Source: a virus. From it: 64,000 bases of DNA. The notes under the pieces are model-generated. The model ran no database searches and was not told where the DNA came from. It worked only from the letters and a program-made list of their open reading frames with translations. Of this stretch, positions 63,681 through 64,000 are shown piece by piece (position 1 is the stretch's first letter; each line of letters opens with the position of its first letter). Location: IMG/VR virus record IMGVR_UViG_3300022562_002256, positions 134,046-198,045 of that record; one strand, written 5' to 3'. The position numbers and the translations under genes were made by a program.

Positions 63681-63860
63681 GTGACGTTTGCGACCGAGGC
63701 GCCCAACAGGTGCCCCCACGATCGGTTCTGGTACGAGGACTGCGAGAGTTGCGCGGACCTCCGGGTGCTCGCGTACATCCAGCGGCGCGTCGAGGTGGAG
63801 CCCGGTGTCCGCGCTGACACGTTACTCACCGAGCTCGCGCGGGGCGACCACTACGACTGA
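63681..63860 (+). CDS. 59-aa small protein (moron)
   Basis: GGAGG RBS + GTG; CPHD...CESC. Confidence 0.5.
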   Translation: MTFATEAPNRCPHDRFWYEDCESCADLRVLAYIQRRVEVEPGVRADTLLTELARGDHYD

Positions 63861-64000
63861 GGGCGCGCACGCTGGGGGGGGCGGCAGGAATTGGCGCAGG
63901 TGCTCGTACTCCACCACGTGATCGTCGATGCCGTAGGAGTCTACAGCGCGACTCTTGCATGCCCCAACGCGAATGGCCAAACGCGCCGCCGCCCGGGCCT

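Noticed and set aside
1-64000. tRNA/rRNA genes, integrase, terminase, DNA polymerase, sigma54 activator
   Set aside because: No cloverleaf or recognisable motifs found by eye; absence needs confirming with tRNAscan and HMM searches.

Overview
Very GC-rich phage or prophage segment, with no integrase, terminase or DNA polymerase recognisable in the window. From 43.85 kb to the end is a Mu-like contractile-tail morphogenesis module: DUF935 portal, Dps, head fibre, Mu-type protease/scaffold, DUF2190, major capsid, DUF1320, sheath, tube, chaperones, tape measure and DNA-circularisation protein. From 1 to 43.6 kb is an accessory/early region of many small genes. Main observations: (1) an array-less type IV-B-like CRISPR effector locus (Cas11-Csf2/Cas7 fusion, Csf3/Cas5, divergent CysH-like gene, no Csf1/Cas8 seen); (2) 20 sigma54-type GG-N10-GC promoter motifs in front of accessory genes, 13 with an ATG 14-17 nt after the -12 C (apparently leaderless), plus a 119-bp repeat lying between divergent motif pairs; (3) a 3.4-kb IS1-family element with passenger genes and a perfect 8-bp target duplication; (4) a twice-occurring 69-bp RNA-like element and a candidate ~200-nt ncRNA; (5) auxiliary genes including NADAR, DHH, DUF262, DUF488-like, three degenerate DUF5131 paralogues and a broken BtpA. 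A myxobacterial-type host is an inference only. All family calls come from recognising motifs by eye, not from database searches.
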